Assembly (NCBI RefSeq): GCF_001457595.1
Contig: NZ_LN831039.1
Coordinates: forward strand, 6,030,001-6,062,000
Origin: Mycolicibacterium smegmatis
GTDB taxonomy: Bacteria; Actinomycetota; Actinomycetes; Mycobacteriales; Mycobacteriaceae
Length of the DNA: 32,000 nucleotides
Direction: 5' to 3'
Shown here: piece by piece, positions 23,280 through 31,653 of the stretch
Layout of the letters: each line of letters opens with the position of its first letter
How positions within the stretch are numbered: the first letter of the stretch is position 1
Notes under the pieces: model-generated
What the model was told of the DNA's origin: nothing
The model's input: the letters and a program-made list of their open reading frames with translations, nothing else
Databases searched by the model: none
Program-made: the position numbers and the translations under genes

Positions 23280-24637
23280 TTCGTGACCACCGATGCGTTC
23301 GCGCCACGTGGTGCCGCAGGTCTCCCGAGCGCTCGGTAGTACCAGCCGGCCGCGCACCACGCGGCCGCGTCGAGACAGTTGCGTCCGTCGATCACCGCTG
23401 CCGATCGGACCGTGGTCTTCAGCTCGGCGGGGTCGATCGAACGAAACTCTTCCCATTCCGTGAGAACCAGGACGACATCCGCGCCGTCACAGGCTTCGAA
23501 GGCTGAAGTAGCGTAGTTCAGCGTCGGGAACAGGGTTCGCGAGTTGTCCATGGCCTGGGGATCGAACACGTTGACACACGCGCCCTGCAGTTGGATCTGC
23601 CCTGCGACATTCAACGCCGGAGAGTCACGCACGTCGTCGGAGTCCGGCTTGAAGGCGGCGCCCAGCACGGCGACCCGTGAACCGATGAAGCCTCCGCCGC
23701 AGATCTCCCGGGCGATCTCGACCACCCGTGTCCGCCGCCGCATGTTGATGCTGTCGACCTCACGCAGGAACGTCAGTGCCTGGTTCGCTCCGAGTTCCCC
23801 CGCGCGCGCCATGAAGGCCCGGATGTCCTTTGGTAGACAACCTCCTCCGAAGCCCAGACCGGCGTTGAGGAATCGCCTCCCGATCCGGCTGTCGTACCCG
23901 ATCGCGTCGGCGAGCACCGTGACATCGGCGTCCACGGCCTCACATACCTCGGCGATGGCGTTGATGAACGAGATCTTCGTGGCGAGAAAGGCGTTGGCTG
24001 AGACCTTCACCAGTTCGGCGGTGGCGAGATCAGTGACGATGAACGGTACGCCGTCGTTGATCAGGTCGGCGTAGATCTCGCGCACGATTCCCTCGGCACG
24101 ACCTGATCCTGGCCTCTCGACACCGAGAACCAGGCGGTCGGGATGCAACGTGCCCTGCACCGCAAAACCTTCACGCAGGAACTCCGGATTCCAGACCAGT
24201 TCGACCGCATCTCCGGCGGGCGCGAGGTCCCGGACGCACCGACCTAGGCGTGTCGCGGTTCCCACGGGAACCGTCGATTTCCCGATGATGAGAGAAGGCT
24301 TGTCCAGCAGCGGTGCGAGGTTGTCGATCACTGCATCAACGAAGCAGAGGTCGGCGCCGTAGTCGCCCTTCTTCTGGGGTGTCGCGACGGCCACGAAAAA
24401 AACATCGGCGAACTCGGCCGCTTCCTGGTACGACGATGAGAAGCGCAGACGGCCGCTGCTCGTGTGACGGCGAAGAACCGCGGAGAGCCCCGGTTCGAAG
24501 AACGGCACCTCGCCCGCTTCCAACTTCGCGAGCTTGGCCGGGTCGATGTCCACGCCGAGAACCTCGTGCCCCAGTTCGGCCATGCATGCCGCGTGTGTGG
24601 CTCCGAGATACCCGGTGCCCAAGACGACCATTTTCAT
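23276..24637 (-). CDS. ugd: UDP-glucose 6-dehydrogenase (UDP-glucose/GDP-mannose dehydrogenase family)
   Basis: [51 protein letters not shown] (NAD fold) and the catalytic-Cys context [18 protein letters not shown]. 453 aa from ATG 24637, which overlaps the rmlA TGA (ATGA). Substrate is inferred from the family. Confidence 0.8.
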   Translation of the reverse strand: MKMVVLGTGYLGATHAACMAELGHEVLGVDIDPAKLAKLEAGEVPFFEPGLSAVLRRHTSSGRLRFSSSYQEAAEFADVFFVAVATPQKKGDYGADLCFVDAVIDNLAPLLDKPSLIIGKSTVPVGTATRLGRCVRDLAPAGDAVELVWNPEFLREGFAVQGTLHPDRLVLGVERPGSGRAEGIVREIYADLINDGVPFIVTDLATAELVKVSANAFLATKISFINAIAEVCEAVDADVTVLADAIGYDSRIGRRFLNAGLGFGGGCLPKDIRAFMARAGELGANQALTFLREVDSINMRRRTRVVEIAREICGGGFIGSRVAVLGAAFKPDSDDVRDSPALNVAGQIQLQGACVNVFDPQAMDNSRTLFPTLNYATSAFEACDGADVVLVLTEWEEFRSIDPAELKTTVRSAAVIDGRNCLDAAAWCAAGWYYRALGRPAAPRGANASVVTK

Positions 24638-25515
24638 GCTGGTCCTCCCCAACCATCCAACAGCCGCAGGAGATACCCCCCGTATCCCGACTTGTAGAGC
24701 AATTCGCCGCGCTCCCGCAGAGCGTCGTCGTCGATGAGTCCGCGCCGCCATGCGGCTTCCTCCGGCACCCCTACCTTGAGCCCCTGGCGTTGTTCGATCG
24801 TGCGCACGTAGGTGCTCGCGTCCAACAGCGAATCGAACGTGCCGGTGTCCAACCACGCGGTACCTCGCGGAAGCTCCTCGACCGACAGCCGGCCTTGGTC
24901 GAGATAGGCACGATTCACGTCGGTGATCTCGAGTTCACCGCGGTCCGAAGGCTTGAGCCCCGCCGCGATCTCGATCACGTCGTTGTCGTAGAAGTACAGG
25001 CCTGGAACGGCGTACTCGGAGCGCGGTGCCTTCGGCTTCTCTTCCAACGACACCGCGCGACACCGCTCGTCGAACTCCACCACACCGTACGCAGTGGGAT
25101 CTGCCACCCGGTAGGCGAAGATCCCCCCGCCGTCGATGGTGGCGAACCTGCTGAGGCTCGCCCCCAGCTTGGAGCCGTGGAAAATGTTGTCCCCGAGAGC
25201 CAGAGCCACACGGTCCGAACCGATGAAGGAGCTGCCGATCTCGAATGCCTGGGCGATTCCTTCCGGCTTCGGATGGACGGCATAGTCGATGTTGATACCG
25301 AATTGCGAGCCGTCGCCGAGCAACGCGCTGAACGCAGGGGCGTCTACGGGAGCCGTGATCACCAGGACGTCGCGGATGCCGGCAAGGATCAGAGTCGACA
25401 GCGGGTAGTAGACCATCGGTTTGTCGTAGACGGGTAGCAGCTGCTTGCTGACCCCCATGGTGATCGGATACAGACGCGAGCCAAGCCCAGCCGCCAAGAT
25501 GATCCCACGCATCAT
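24634..25515 (-). CDS. rmlA: Glucose-1-phosphate thymidylyltransferase
   Basis: [56 protein letters not shown] and YGVVEFD ... [12 protein letters not shown] are near-canonical RmlA/RfbA sequence. The start lies 6 nt after the upstream TGA, with GAGGAC spanning the stop. Confidence 0.9.
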   Translation of the reverse strand: MMRGIILAAGLGSRLYPITMGVSKQLLPVYDKPMVYYPLSTLILAGIRDVLVITAPVDAPAFSALLGDGSQFGINIDYAVHPKPEGIAQAFEIGSSFIGSDRVALALGDNIFHGSKLGASLSRFATIDGGGIFAYRVADPTAYGVVEFDERCRAVSLEEKPKAPRSEYAVPGLYFYDNDVIEIAAGLKPSDRGELEITDVNRAYLDQGRLSVEELPRGTAWLDTGTFDSLLDASTYVRTIEQRQGLKVGVPEEAAWRRGLIDDDALRERGELLYKSGYGGYLLRLLDGWGGPA

Positions 25516-25521
25516 ACGTCC

Positions 25522-27078
25522 TCAGTACGCGCCGTCTTTGCGGAGAACCGCACCGAATGTCTTTGCGACGATCAGGATGTCGCCGATCATTGACCAGTTG
25601 TCCACGTACGACAGGTCGAGCCGCACGGCCTGATCCCACGACAGGTCCGACCGTCCACTGACCTGCCAGAGCCCGGTGACGCCCGGCTTCACCAGCAGCC
25701 TGCGGAGAATTTCGCAGTCGTATTCTTCGACCTCGCGACGCAGCGGCGGACGTGGACCGACAACACTCATCTCGCCTCTGAGCACGTTGATGAACTGCGG
25801 CAGTTCATCGATGCTCAGGCGCCGCAGAACTTTTCCGACGCGAGTCACACGGGGATCGTCGTGGATCTTGAACAGAAGTCCATCTGACTCGTTCAGATCC
25901 TCCAGTTCGTCGAGCATCTGGTCGGCGTTCTCGACCATCGTGCGGAACTTCAGCATCGAGAACAGCTTGCCGTCGACACCGATCCGTTCCGCCGAATAGA
26001 ACACCGGCCCCCTGCTGGTCGCCTTGATCGCTATGGCAGTGATCAGCAGAAGTGGCGAGGTAATCAAGAGCACTGCGAATGCAAAACTCAAGTCGAACAG
26101 ACACTTCTGGAACCGCTTGGCGTTCCGGTACAACGGCTTCTCGATGTGCAGCAACGGGATACCTGCAATGGGCTGCATGACCAAGCGCGAAAGAGCGACG
26201 TCCATGGCACCTGTCGACACCACCAGCTCCACGCCCAAGGGCTCAAGTTGCCACAGCAGCCTTCGGATGCCGCGAACACCGAAGGCTTCGGTGCCGGCGA
26301 TCGCCACCGTGTCGGCGCCGCAGGTGTGGACGGCGTCCAACATCTCGGCCTCACCGCCGATGATGGGTATCCGTTGGCCACTCACCATCACGAACTCACC
26401 ACGCGCGTCGCCGTAGCGCGGAACGCCCACGCCGACCACGTCATATCCGTCGGCCGGATTTCGCACCAGTTCACTCACCAGTTCCGTGACCGCGCCGATC
26501 TCACCGAACGCCAGGACCGCTGTGCGGTAGCGACCGGCCACACGTTCGCGCGCGACGTGCCGGTGCCAGAGGCGCCGCTCGAGCAACAGACCCAGCGTGC
26601 CCACGGGGAGCGCGACCGCCAGATATCCGCGGGCGATGTCCAGCTTCAGTAGTAGTGAAACCATCGCTATTGCCCCGAACGTCCAGAACGACGCGGCCGT
26701 CACACGGCGGTACTCGTCCACACACGCTGCTGTGATCCGGGGAGACCTGGTACGCAGTGCCGACATTGCAACCAACCACGCGATCGCGAACAGAATCGAG
26801 AAGGCCGGTACATAAAGTTTCGAGTACCCAGGAGGGTTGAGTGTGGGGCCGAACCGGACGAGTTGGGCAAATCCGACGGACAGTGCGATCACCAGCGTGT
26901 CGGTCATGAGCAGATAGGAGGAGTATCTCCTCTGCCATTTCGACCTCTGGAAGACGCTGCTCGGCGGCAGCTTGATCGACATGTTCGTGCCGGCCACAAC
27001 AGAGTTCGGCTTTGGCATGCTGACCAACTGGCGCGTACCGAACCCGCTGTCGAAGTTCGAGATCTGAGCAGTCATCAT
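25522..27078 (-). CDS. Polyprenyl-phosphate hexose-1-phosphate transferase, large WbaP/CpsE/PssA-type (priming enzyme)
   Basis: N-terminal membrane helices, then a central Rossmann-like region (AVLAFGEIGAV ... ADTVAIAG). C-terminal bacterial sugar-transferase domain: KFRTMVENAD, DPRVTRVGKVLRRLSIDELPQFINVLRGEMSVVGPRPPL, KPGVTGLWQVSGRSDL. ATG 27078 (MMTAQ) overlaps the upstream TGA (ATGA). Confidence 0.85.
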   Translation of the reverse strand: MMTAQISNFDSGFGTRQLVSMPKPNSVVAGTNMSIKLPPSSVFQRSKWQRRYSSYLLMTDTLVIALSVGFAQLVRFGPTLNPPGYSKLYVPAFSILFAIAWLVAMSALRTRSPRITAACVDEYRRVTAASFWTFGAIAMVSLLLKLDIARGYLAVALPVGTLGLLLERRLWHRHVARERVAGRYRTAVLAFGEIGAVTELVSELVRNPADGYDVVGVGVPRYGDARGEFVMVSGQRIPIIGGEAEMLDAVHTCGADTVAIAGTEAFGVRGIRRLLWQLEPLGVELVVSTGAMDVALSRLVMQPIAGIPLLHIEKPLYRNAKRFQKCLFDLSFAFAVLLITSPLLLITAIAIKATSRGPVFYSAERIGVDGKLFSMLKFRTMVENADQMLDELEDLNESDGLLFKIHDDPRVTRVGKVLRRLSIDELPQFINVLRGEMSVVGPRPPLRREVEEYDCEILRRLLVKPGVTGLWQVSGRSDLSWDQAVRLDLSYVDNWSMIGDILIVAKTFGAVLRKDGAY

Positions 27079-28034
27079 GCACCCGCCGCTATCACGTCTG
27101 TGGTTGCGTAGCCGGGTTCGAGGGTCGTGCACAACCAGTCGACGGTGTGACGAATGCCGCGGGCAAGGCCGACACGCGGCTTCCATCCGAGCGTGTACTC
27201 GGTGTTGACATCGATTTTTTTCTCGGACAATTCTCTGTTTTCCTCCCCGGTAGCACCCGTCGATGCCGCGTCGTCGAGAACCGTGGCGATCGCATGGTGG
27301 ATGTCGGTGGCAGTGATCTGTGTGCTGCCGCTGATGTCATAGGTTCCGACCGTGTCGATCGGTGCATGTGCGGCCCGCACGAATGCGTCGACGACATCGC
27401 CGACGTAAACGAAGTCATGTGCGTCTGCATGGTCCCGGTTGACGACGTACGGTCGGCCCGTGACCATCGCACTGGCGAGGATCGTGATGAGTGCGGCGAC
27501 ACCGTGTGGCCGCTGGCGCGGCCCGTAGACGTTGGACAGGGCCAGACAGATCGGTGCGAAACCGTACATTTCGGTGTATGCACGCAAGTACAGTTCGCCC
27601 GAGAGTTTCGCCGCCGCGTGAGATGACACCGGGTCATCCCCGTATCGGGAGTCTCCCGACGTGGCGTAGACGATCCTGCGCACCCCGGCCTCTCTGCACG
27701 CTTCCAGGACATTTATGGTGCCGAGCACGTTGTTGCGCGCGTCGAGCAGGGGATCCGGCGCAACCGCGTCGTGCTCCGTGCGTGCCGCCAGGTGATAGAC
27801 AACATGGGGGCACGCACCTGCGACGATGTCCGTCAGTTCGGGTGCCTGGATGTCAGCTTTCACGAGAGTGAATCTGCGACCGCTTGAATTACCCTGCTCC
27901 AACGCCCATTCCAGGTTGGAGGGATCTCCGGTCCAGAAGTTGTCGACACCGATCACCTGGTGTCCGTCCGCCAGCAGCCGGTCGACAAGGTTCGACCCGA
28001 TGAATCCGGCTGCACCGGTCACCAGGGCCCTCAT
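27075..28034 (-). CDS. Extended SDR (GalE / UDP-sugar epimerase-like) with a His in place of the catalytic Tyr
   Basis: MRALVTGAAGFIGSNLVDRLLADGHQVIGVDNF (GxxGxxG). RRIVYATSGDSRYGDDPVSSHAAAKLSGELYLRAY aligns to the usual S..YG....SPYxxSKxxGE but reads S-H-A-A-A-K. The CAC codon is at 27620-27618 and the AAA Lys codon at 27608-27606. Confidence 0.8.
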   Translation of the reverse strand: MRALVTGAAGFIGSNLVDRLLADGHQVIGVDNFWTGDPSNLEWALEQGNSSGRRFTLVKADIQAPELTDIVAGACPHVVYHLAARTEHDAVAPDPLLDARNNVLGTINVLEACREAGVRRIVYATSGDSRYGDDPVSSHAAAKLSGELYLRAYTEMYGFAPICLALSNVYGPRQRPHGVAALITILASAMVTGRPYVVNRDHADAHDFVYVGDVVDAFVRAAHAPIDTVGTYDISGSTQITATDIHHAIATVLDDAASTGATGEENRELSEKKIDVNTEYTLGWKPRVGLARGIRHTVDWLCTTLEPGYATTDVIAAGA

Positions 28035-28070
28035 CGGGCTGCGTCTTCCTGCATTCTCATGCTCATGAAC

Positions 28071-29858
28071 TCACTCCACGGTCACTGACTTGGCGAGGTT
28101 GCGCGGCTTGTCGACGTCGTGCCCGAGGGCCAGTGCCAATGTGCGCGCCAGGATTTGCAACGGCACGGTGGCCTCTACCGGCCCCCACGGCGCCTTCGAG
28201 AGTCCGACGACCGGGATGCTGCTGCCGGCCGATCCGATCGAGATGATGCGACCACCGCGGGCACGCACCTCGGCGACGTTGGAGCTCAGTTTCTGGTCTC
28301 CGTTGTCGACCACCACCACGGGTGTGCCCTGGCTGACCAAGGCCAGCGGACCATGCTTGAGTTCGCCGGCCGGGTAGTGCTCAGCCCACCGGTAGGTGAG
28401 CTCCTTGAGTTTGAGCGCACCCTCTGCCGCGTACGGGAGACCCGATCCCCGGGCTATGAAGATGAAACCGCCTGCGTCGACCAACTCGTCGACGATCTGC
28501 GGGAGCACCCTCTTCGCGATCGAGATCGAGGCGACAAGCTCATCAGGCAGCCGCTGGAGACCGTCCACGAGCCGATTGGCGCACACTGTGGAGATCCGCC
28601 GCGTCGCGACGAGGGCCGATATCATCAGCGCGGCACCCGAAACTATCTGGCACATGAATGTTTTCGTCGCCGCGACACCGATCTCCGGGCCGGCGGAGCA
28701 CCCGACGACGGCATCGGCCAGACGCGCCAAGGTGGAGTGTGAGCTGTTGGTGAGCGCCACCAACGGCGCCTCTCCCACCGCGGGCGACTCCACCGCGCGG
28801 AGCACGTCGGCGGTTTCCCCTGACTGGCTGATGGCCAGGCAGATCTGTGCGGACTCCGGCACCTCCGCGGCTGCCTCGCTTGCCACGGTGGTGACCACCG
28901 GTATGGCACCGAGTTCACGCGCCAGATTGCCGATCACACATCCTGCGTTGAGCGATGTGCCGCAAGCGATCACCCGCAGCCGTTCGAAGGGCGGTAGTCC
29001 GAAGTCACGCCAGAGCGCACCGGTCGCGATGCGGTCCCCGAGGTCGTCGAGGACGCGGGCGGCCGCTTCGGGCTGCTCATCGATCTCCTTGGCCATGTAG
29101 TCGGTGTAGCCGTTGAGCTCCACATCGGTGCCCCTGAGCGTGCACCGCGTCGCGGCAGGCGGCGCGGTGCACGCACCGGAGCGGGTCCAGCGGCCGTCGC
29201 GAGACAGCTCGACCACGTCGCCGTTCTCCAGGACGCGGAACTCATCGACCCAGTCGGCGATCGCGGCGATGTCACTGGCCGCGAAGTCGCCATGGTCTGT
29301 GTGAGCGATCAGGAGCGGTGACCCGTTGGCAGCGACGATGATTCGTCCTGTATGCCGGTCGAGCACCGCGATCGCCCATGATCCATGGACCTTGCTGAGC
29401 GCCCGTTGGACTGCCTGAACAAGGTCGGCGCAATCGCGAAGTTCGTCCTCGATCAGGTGACACAGCACCTCGCTGTCCACCGTCGTCGCGAACATGTGAC
29501 CGCTATTGCCCAGGGCCACCCGCAGGCCTGCGGCATTTTCGATGATTCCGTTGTGCACCAAACTGATTTGCCCTGTGCAGTCGACGTGCGGATGTGCATT
29601 GTGCTCGGTCACCGCGCCGTGGGTGGCCCATCGGGTGTGTCCGATGCCCACACCGTCGAGTTCCGGGCCAGACCATTCGTCCAAGAGACTTTCCAGCGCA
29701 CCGATACGCCCAGTGGTTCTGAGACGTGCGATATCTCCGCTGACGGTCCGCAGTGCCACACCGACCGAGTCATAGCCTCGATATTCGAGTCGGCGCAATC
29801 CCACCCGCAGGTACTCCGCAGCCGGCCGATCGGTATGGCAGGCGATAATTCCGCACAT
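28071..29858 (-). CDS. glmS: Glutamine--fructose-6-phosphate aminotransferase (isomerising), locus-embedded copy
   Basis: MCGIIAC (Cys2 nucleophile), RLEYRGYDSVGVAL, GIGHTRWATHG, two SIS domains (LAISQSGETADVL). The canonical C-terminus is LAKSVTVE. GGGAG lies 7 nt upstream of ATG 29858. Confidence 0.9.
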   Translation of the reverse strand: MCGIIACHTDRPAAEYLRVGLRRLEYRGYDSVGVALRTVSGDIARLRTTGRIGALESLLDEWSGPELDGVGIGHTRWATHGAVTEHNAHPHVDCTGQISLVHNGIIENAAGLRVALGNSGHMFATTVDSEVLCHLIEDELRDCADLVQAVQRALSKVHGSWAIAVLDRHTGRIIVAANGSPLLIAHTDHGDFAASDIAAIADWVDEFRVLENGDVVELSRDGRWTRSGACTAPPAATRCTLRGTDVELNGYTDYMAKEIDEQPEAAARVLDDLGDRIATGALWRDFGLPPFERLRVIACGTSLNAGCVIGNLARELGAIPVVTTVASEAAAEVPESAQICLAISQSGETADVLRAVESPAVGEAPLVALTNSSHSTLARLADAVVGCSAGPEIGVAATKTFMCQIVSGAALMISALVATRRISTVCANRLVDGLQRLPDELVASISIAKRVLPQIVDELVDAGGFIFIARGSGLPYAAEGALKLKELTYRWAEHYPAGELKHGPLALVSQGTPVVVVDNGDQKLSSNVAEVRARGGRIISIGSAGSSIPVVGLSKAPWGPVEATVPLQILARTLALALGHDVDKPRNLAKSVTVE

Positions 29859-30177
29859 CACCGGCTCCCTTCGGCAGGATCAGCTATTTGACTTCCCGCG
29901 TTCTGCACCTCGCCCTGCGACCGAGGCAGGAATTGGTAACAGCGTTTGTGGCGTAAGAGCTTTGGTGATCCGTACGCCGTCCGATCGATAACAGGTCGAC
30001 CGATTTTCAGCGCCACAGCCGGCTCCGCCAGATCGGCTACCTGTTTTCCTCTCAGCGACCTCGCGCCCCCGCTTCGAGCTACCCCCGCAAACACCTTCTC
30101 ACTATTGAGCGCCGAAAGCCTTTGGTACATAGACCATCAGAGCGAACTTCGGTCTGGATCCGGGCCCAGGCCCTGGA
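29859..30177 (-). promoter_or_regulatory. 319-nt promoter/leader region of the ten-gene glmS-to-SDR operon
   Basis: No credible ORF. Imperfect inverted repeat AACAGGTcgaCCGAT (29990-30004) / ATCGGctACCTGTT (30032-30045), 7+5 bp. Second inverted repeat GGCGTA (29950-29955) / TACGCC (29973-29978). It lies directly downstream of the response-regulator gene. Confidence 0.4.
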
Positions 30178-31095
30178 CTAGTTCTCGAGAGTCTCTTCGG
30201 TGAACACAGTGGATCGCGCGAGGGCCGCGGCCTGGGCACGCGTGCTCACGCCCAGCTTGGCCAACAGGCTGTGGACGTGATTTTTGACGGTGTGGACAGC
30301 GATGCAGAGCTGTTCGGCGATGTCCCGATTCGAAAGGCCCATTTCCAGTAGTCGAAGGATCTGGATCTCCCGGGAAGTAAGGACTAGTTCTTTTTGGACC
30401 GGCTGCCGCTGCGACGCAAGGGTCGACAGGCGGCGCAGGAGGATCGCCGAGACTCTCGGCGAACAGAGCGATTCTCCCGCAGCAACTTTGTGTATCAATA
30501 CAAGAAGATCCTTGAGCGAATCCGATCGCAGGTGGTAGCCGGCCACGCCGGCCTCGGCGCACGCGACGATTTCTGACTCGTCGTCCTCGGACACCCCAAG
30601 GACAATCACGCGTACCTGCGGACTGAGCTTCAATGCCTGCCGCAGCAACATCGCGCTGTTGCGCGTGGACATATCCAGCAGAATGACACGAGGAACAGTG
30701 GTCTCGTACGCGGCGATCAACGACGGCAGATCCCACGCGACACCAGGCGCCACCGCACCGTGGGATGCGAGTACCGCAGCGAGGTAGTCGCGGTAGAGAG
30801 TGCAATCGCCGACGATCAGAATGCGCGCCTCGCGGAGCAGTCCCGCTCCGTCGGGCGCCTCGCGATACGACTCCCCCCACGACCCGGCCAACGACACAAC
30901 CGACATGTCCCGCCACTCGTCCCGCGGGATCTGATGGACACGTCCGTTTGCTGGGCGGCGTCCGCTCCCTGGCATGTACTGGCACACCGACTCGGCCACG
31001 TCGGCTGCCGGACCACCGAACTGTTGATCACCGTCCGCGACCGTACCCATGCGGCCGCTCTCCGCATCCACCGAGATCCCAGAAAGCTCTTCCAT
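30178..31095 (-). CDS. NarL/LuxR-family response regulator with a degenerate receiver domain; no adjacent histidine kinase
   Basis: C-terminal HTH: LTSREIQILRLLEMGLSNRDIAEQLCIAVHTVKNHVHSLLAKLGV. Receiver: ARILIVGDCTLY (acidic DD pair reads GD), RVILLDMS (acceptor Asp kept), VIVLGVS, GVAGYHLR (conserved Lys reads Arg). The start is uncertain: ATG 31095, 30975 or 30906. The 90 aa before the receiver have no recognisable fold. Confidence 0.8.
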   Translation of the reverse strand: MEELSGISVDAESGRMGTVADGDQQFGGPAADVAESVCQYMPGSGRRPANGRVHQIPRDEWRDMSVVSLAGSWGESYREAPDGAGLLREARILIVGDCTLYRDYLAAVLASHGAVAPGVAWDLPSLIAAYETTVPRVILLDMSTRNSAMLLRQALKLSPQVRVIVLGVSEDDESEIVACAEAGVAGYHLRSDSLKDLLVLIHKVAAGESLCSPRVSAILLRRLSTLASQRQPVQKELVLTSREIQILRLLEMGLSNRDIAEQLCIAVHTVKNHVHSLLAKLGVSTRAQAAALARSTVFTEETLEN

Positions 31096-31653
31096 CTCAA
31101 TACTTCTGGGGCACTGCCGTGTGAATCACCCTTATCGCAGGGCAATCTCGCCTGGTCAGAACCACAACCCCGTATGAACACATCATGATCAAACCGATCC
31201 TCCCCGCCCCGGACGGCACTCATCGAGTCCAGATCCAAGATGCGCCGATGGTAGGCATTTGCCATAACGGCGGTCAACGGAACGAGAGGACGATTCTGAG
31301 CAAAGGTTGCGGTGTTAAGAAGTCGAGCTTTTACTCGTGCGCGCGCCTACGGATTCCGTCGTCGCATCCACCCAGCTCGTACCGGTTCTCATACCATTCG
31401 TCGGATAAACAACGTGTTTTCCATACTCGAGGTTCTGTAAACAAGATCTAGCTGCGTCTTTTCGCCCTCATCGGCGAAGAGATCCGCTTGGTGATCGTCG
31501 CCAGCACAGCGAACGCAGATCATCTAAGTACCCGGAATGGTCCCAGCGACCCACAGATAGCAACGATGGAACAATACATACGACAAACGTGTAATGGTTG
31601 CTGAAACTGCCGCGGGAGGGCAGCTTTTCCCGTTGCGGGACGGGCCCAGTCCG
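31096..31653. promoter_or_regulatory. Lower-G+C intergenic region upstream of the regulator gene
   Basis: About 560 bp without a convincing ORF, visibly more A+T-rich than the flanks. It must contain the regulator's promoter and the end of the upstream coiled-coil gene transcript. Confidence 0.35.
31607..31623 (-). terminator. Weak intrinsic-terminator candidate after the coiled-coil protein gene
   Basis: CTGCC-gcgggag-GGCAG (5-bp stem). It is flanked by AAA (31604-31606) and CTTTT (31624-31628), so it is followed by a short T-run on either strand. It lies 31 nt downstream of the TAG at 31656-31654. Confidence 0.3.

Noticed and set aside
29862-30177. Possible glmS ribozyme in the leader of the glmS paralogue. 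A short stretch, GUUAUCGAUCGGACGGCGUACGG on the minus strand, vaguely recalls part of the ribozyme core.
   Set aside because: I could not find the conserved cleavage-site and P1/P2 elements (AGCGCC...GGCGC hairpin, GACGAGG) in the right order. To my knowledge the ribozyme is mainly a Firmicutes feature. An Rfam RF00234 scan would settle it. It is kept only as a check under the leader finding.
30137-30985. 282-aa minus-strand ORF overlapping the response-regulator gene in another frame.
   Set aside because: The overlapping frame (30178-31095) carries an unmistakable LuxR-type HTH and a receiver domain. This frame is Arg/Gly/Pro-rich with no motif.
31389-31523. 44-aa minus-strand ORF with a CxxC motif (MICVRCAGDDHQADLFADEGEKTQLDLVYRTSSMENTLFIRRMV) upstream of the regulator gene.
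   Set aside because: It has no Shine-Dalgarno, its codon usage does not match the locus, and it has a single CxxC only. It cannot be distinguished from a chance ORF without conservation or ribosome-profiling data.
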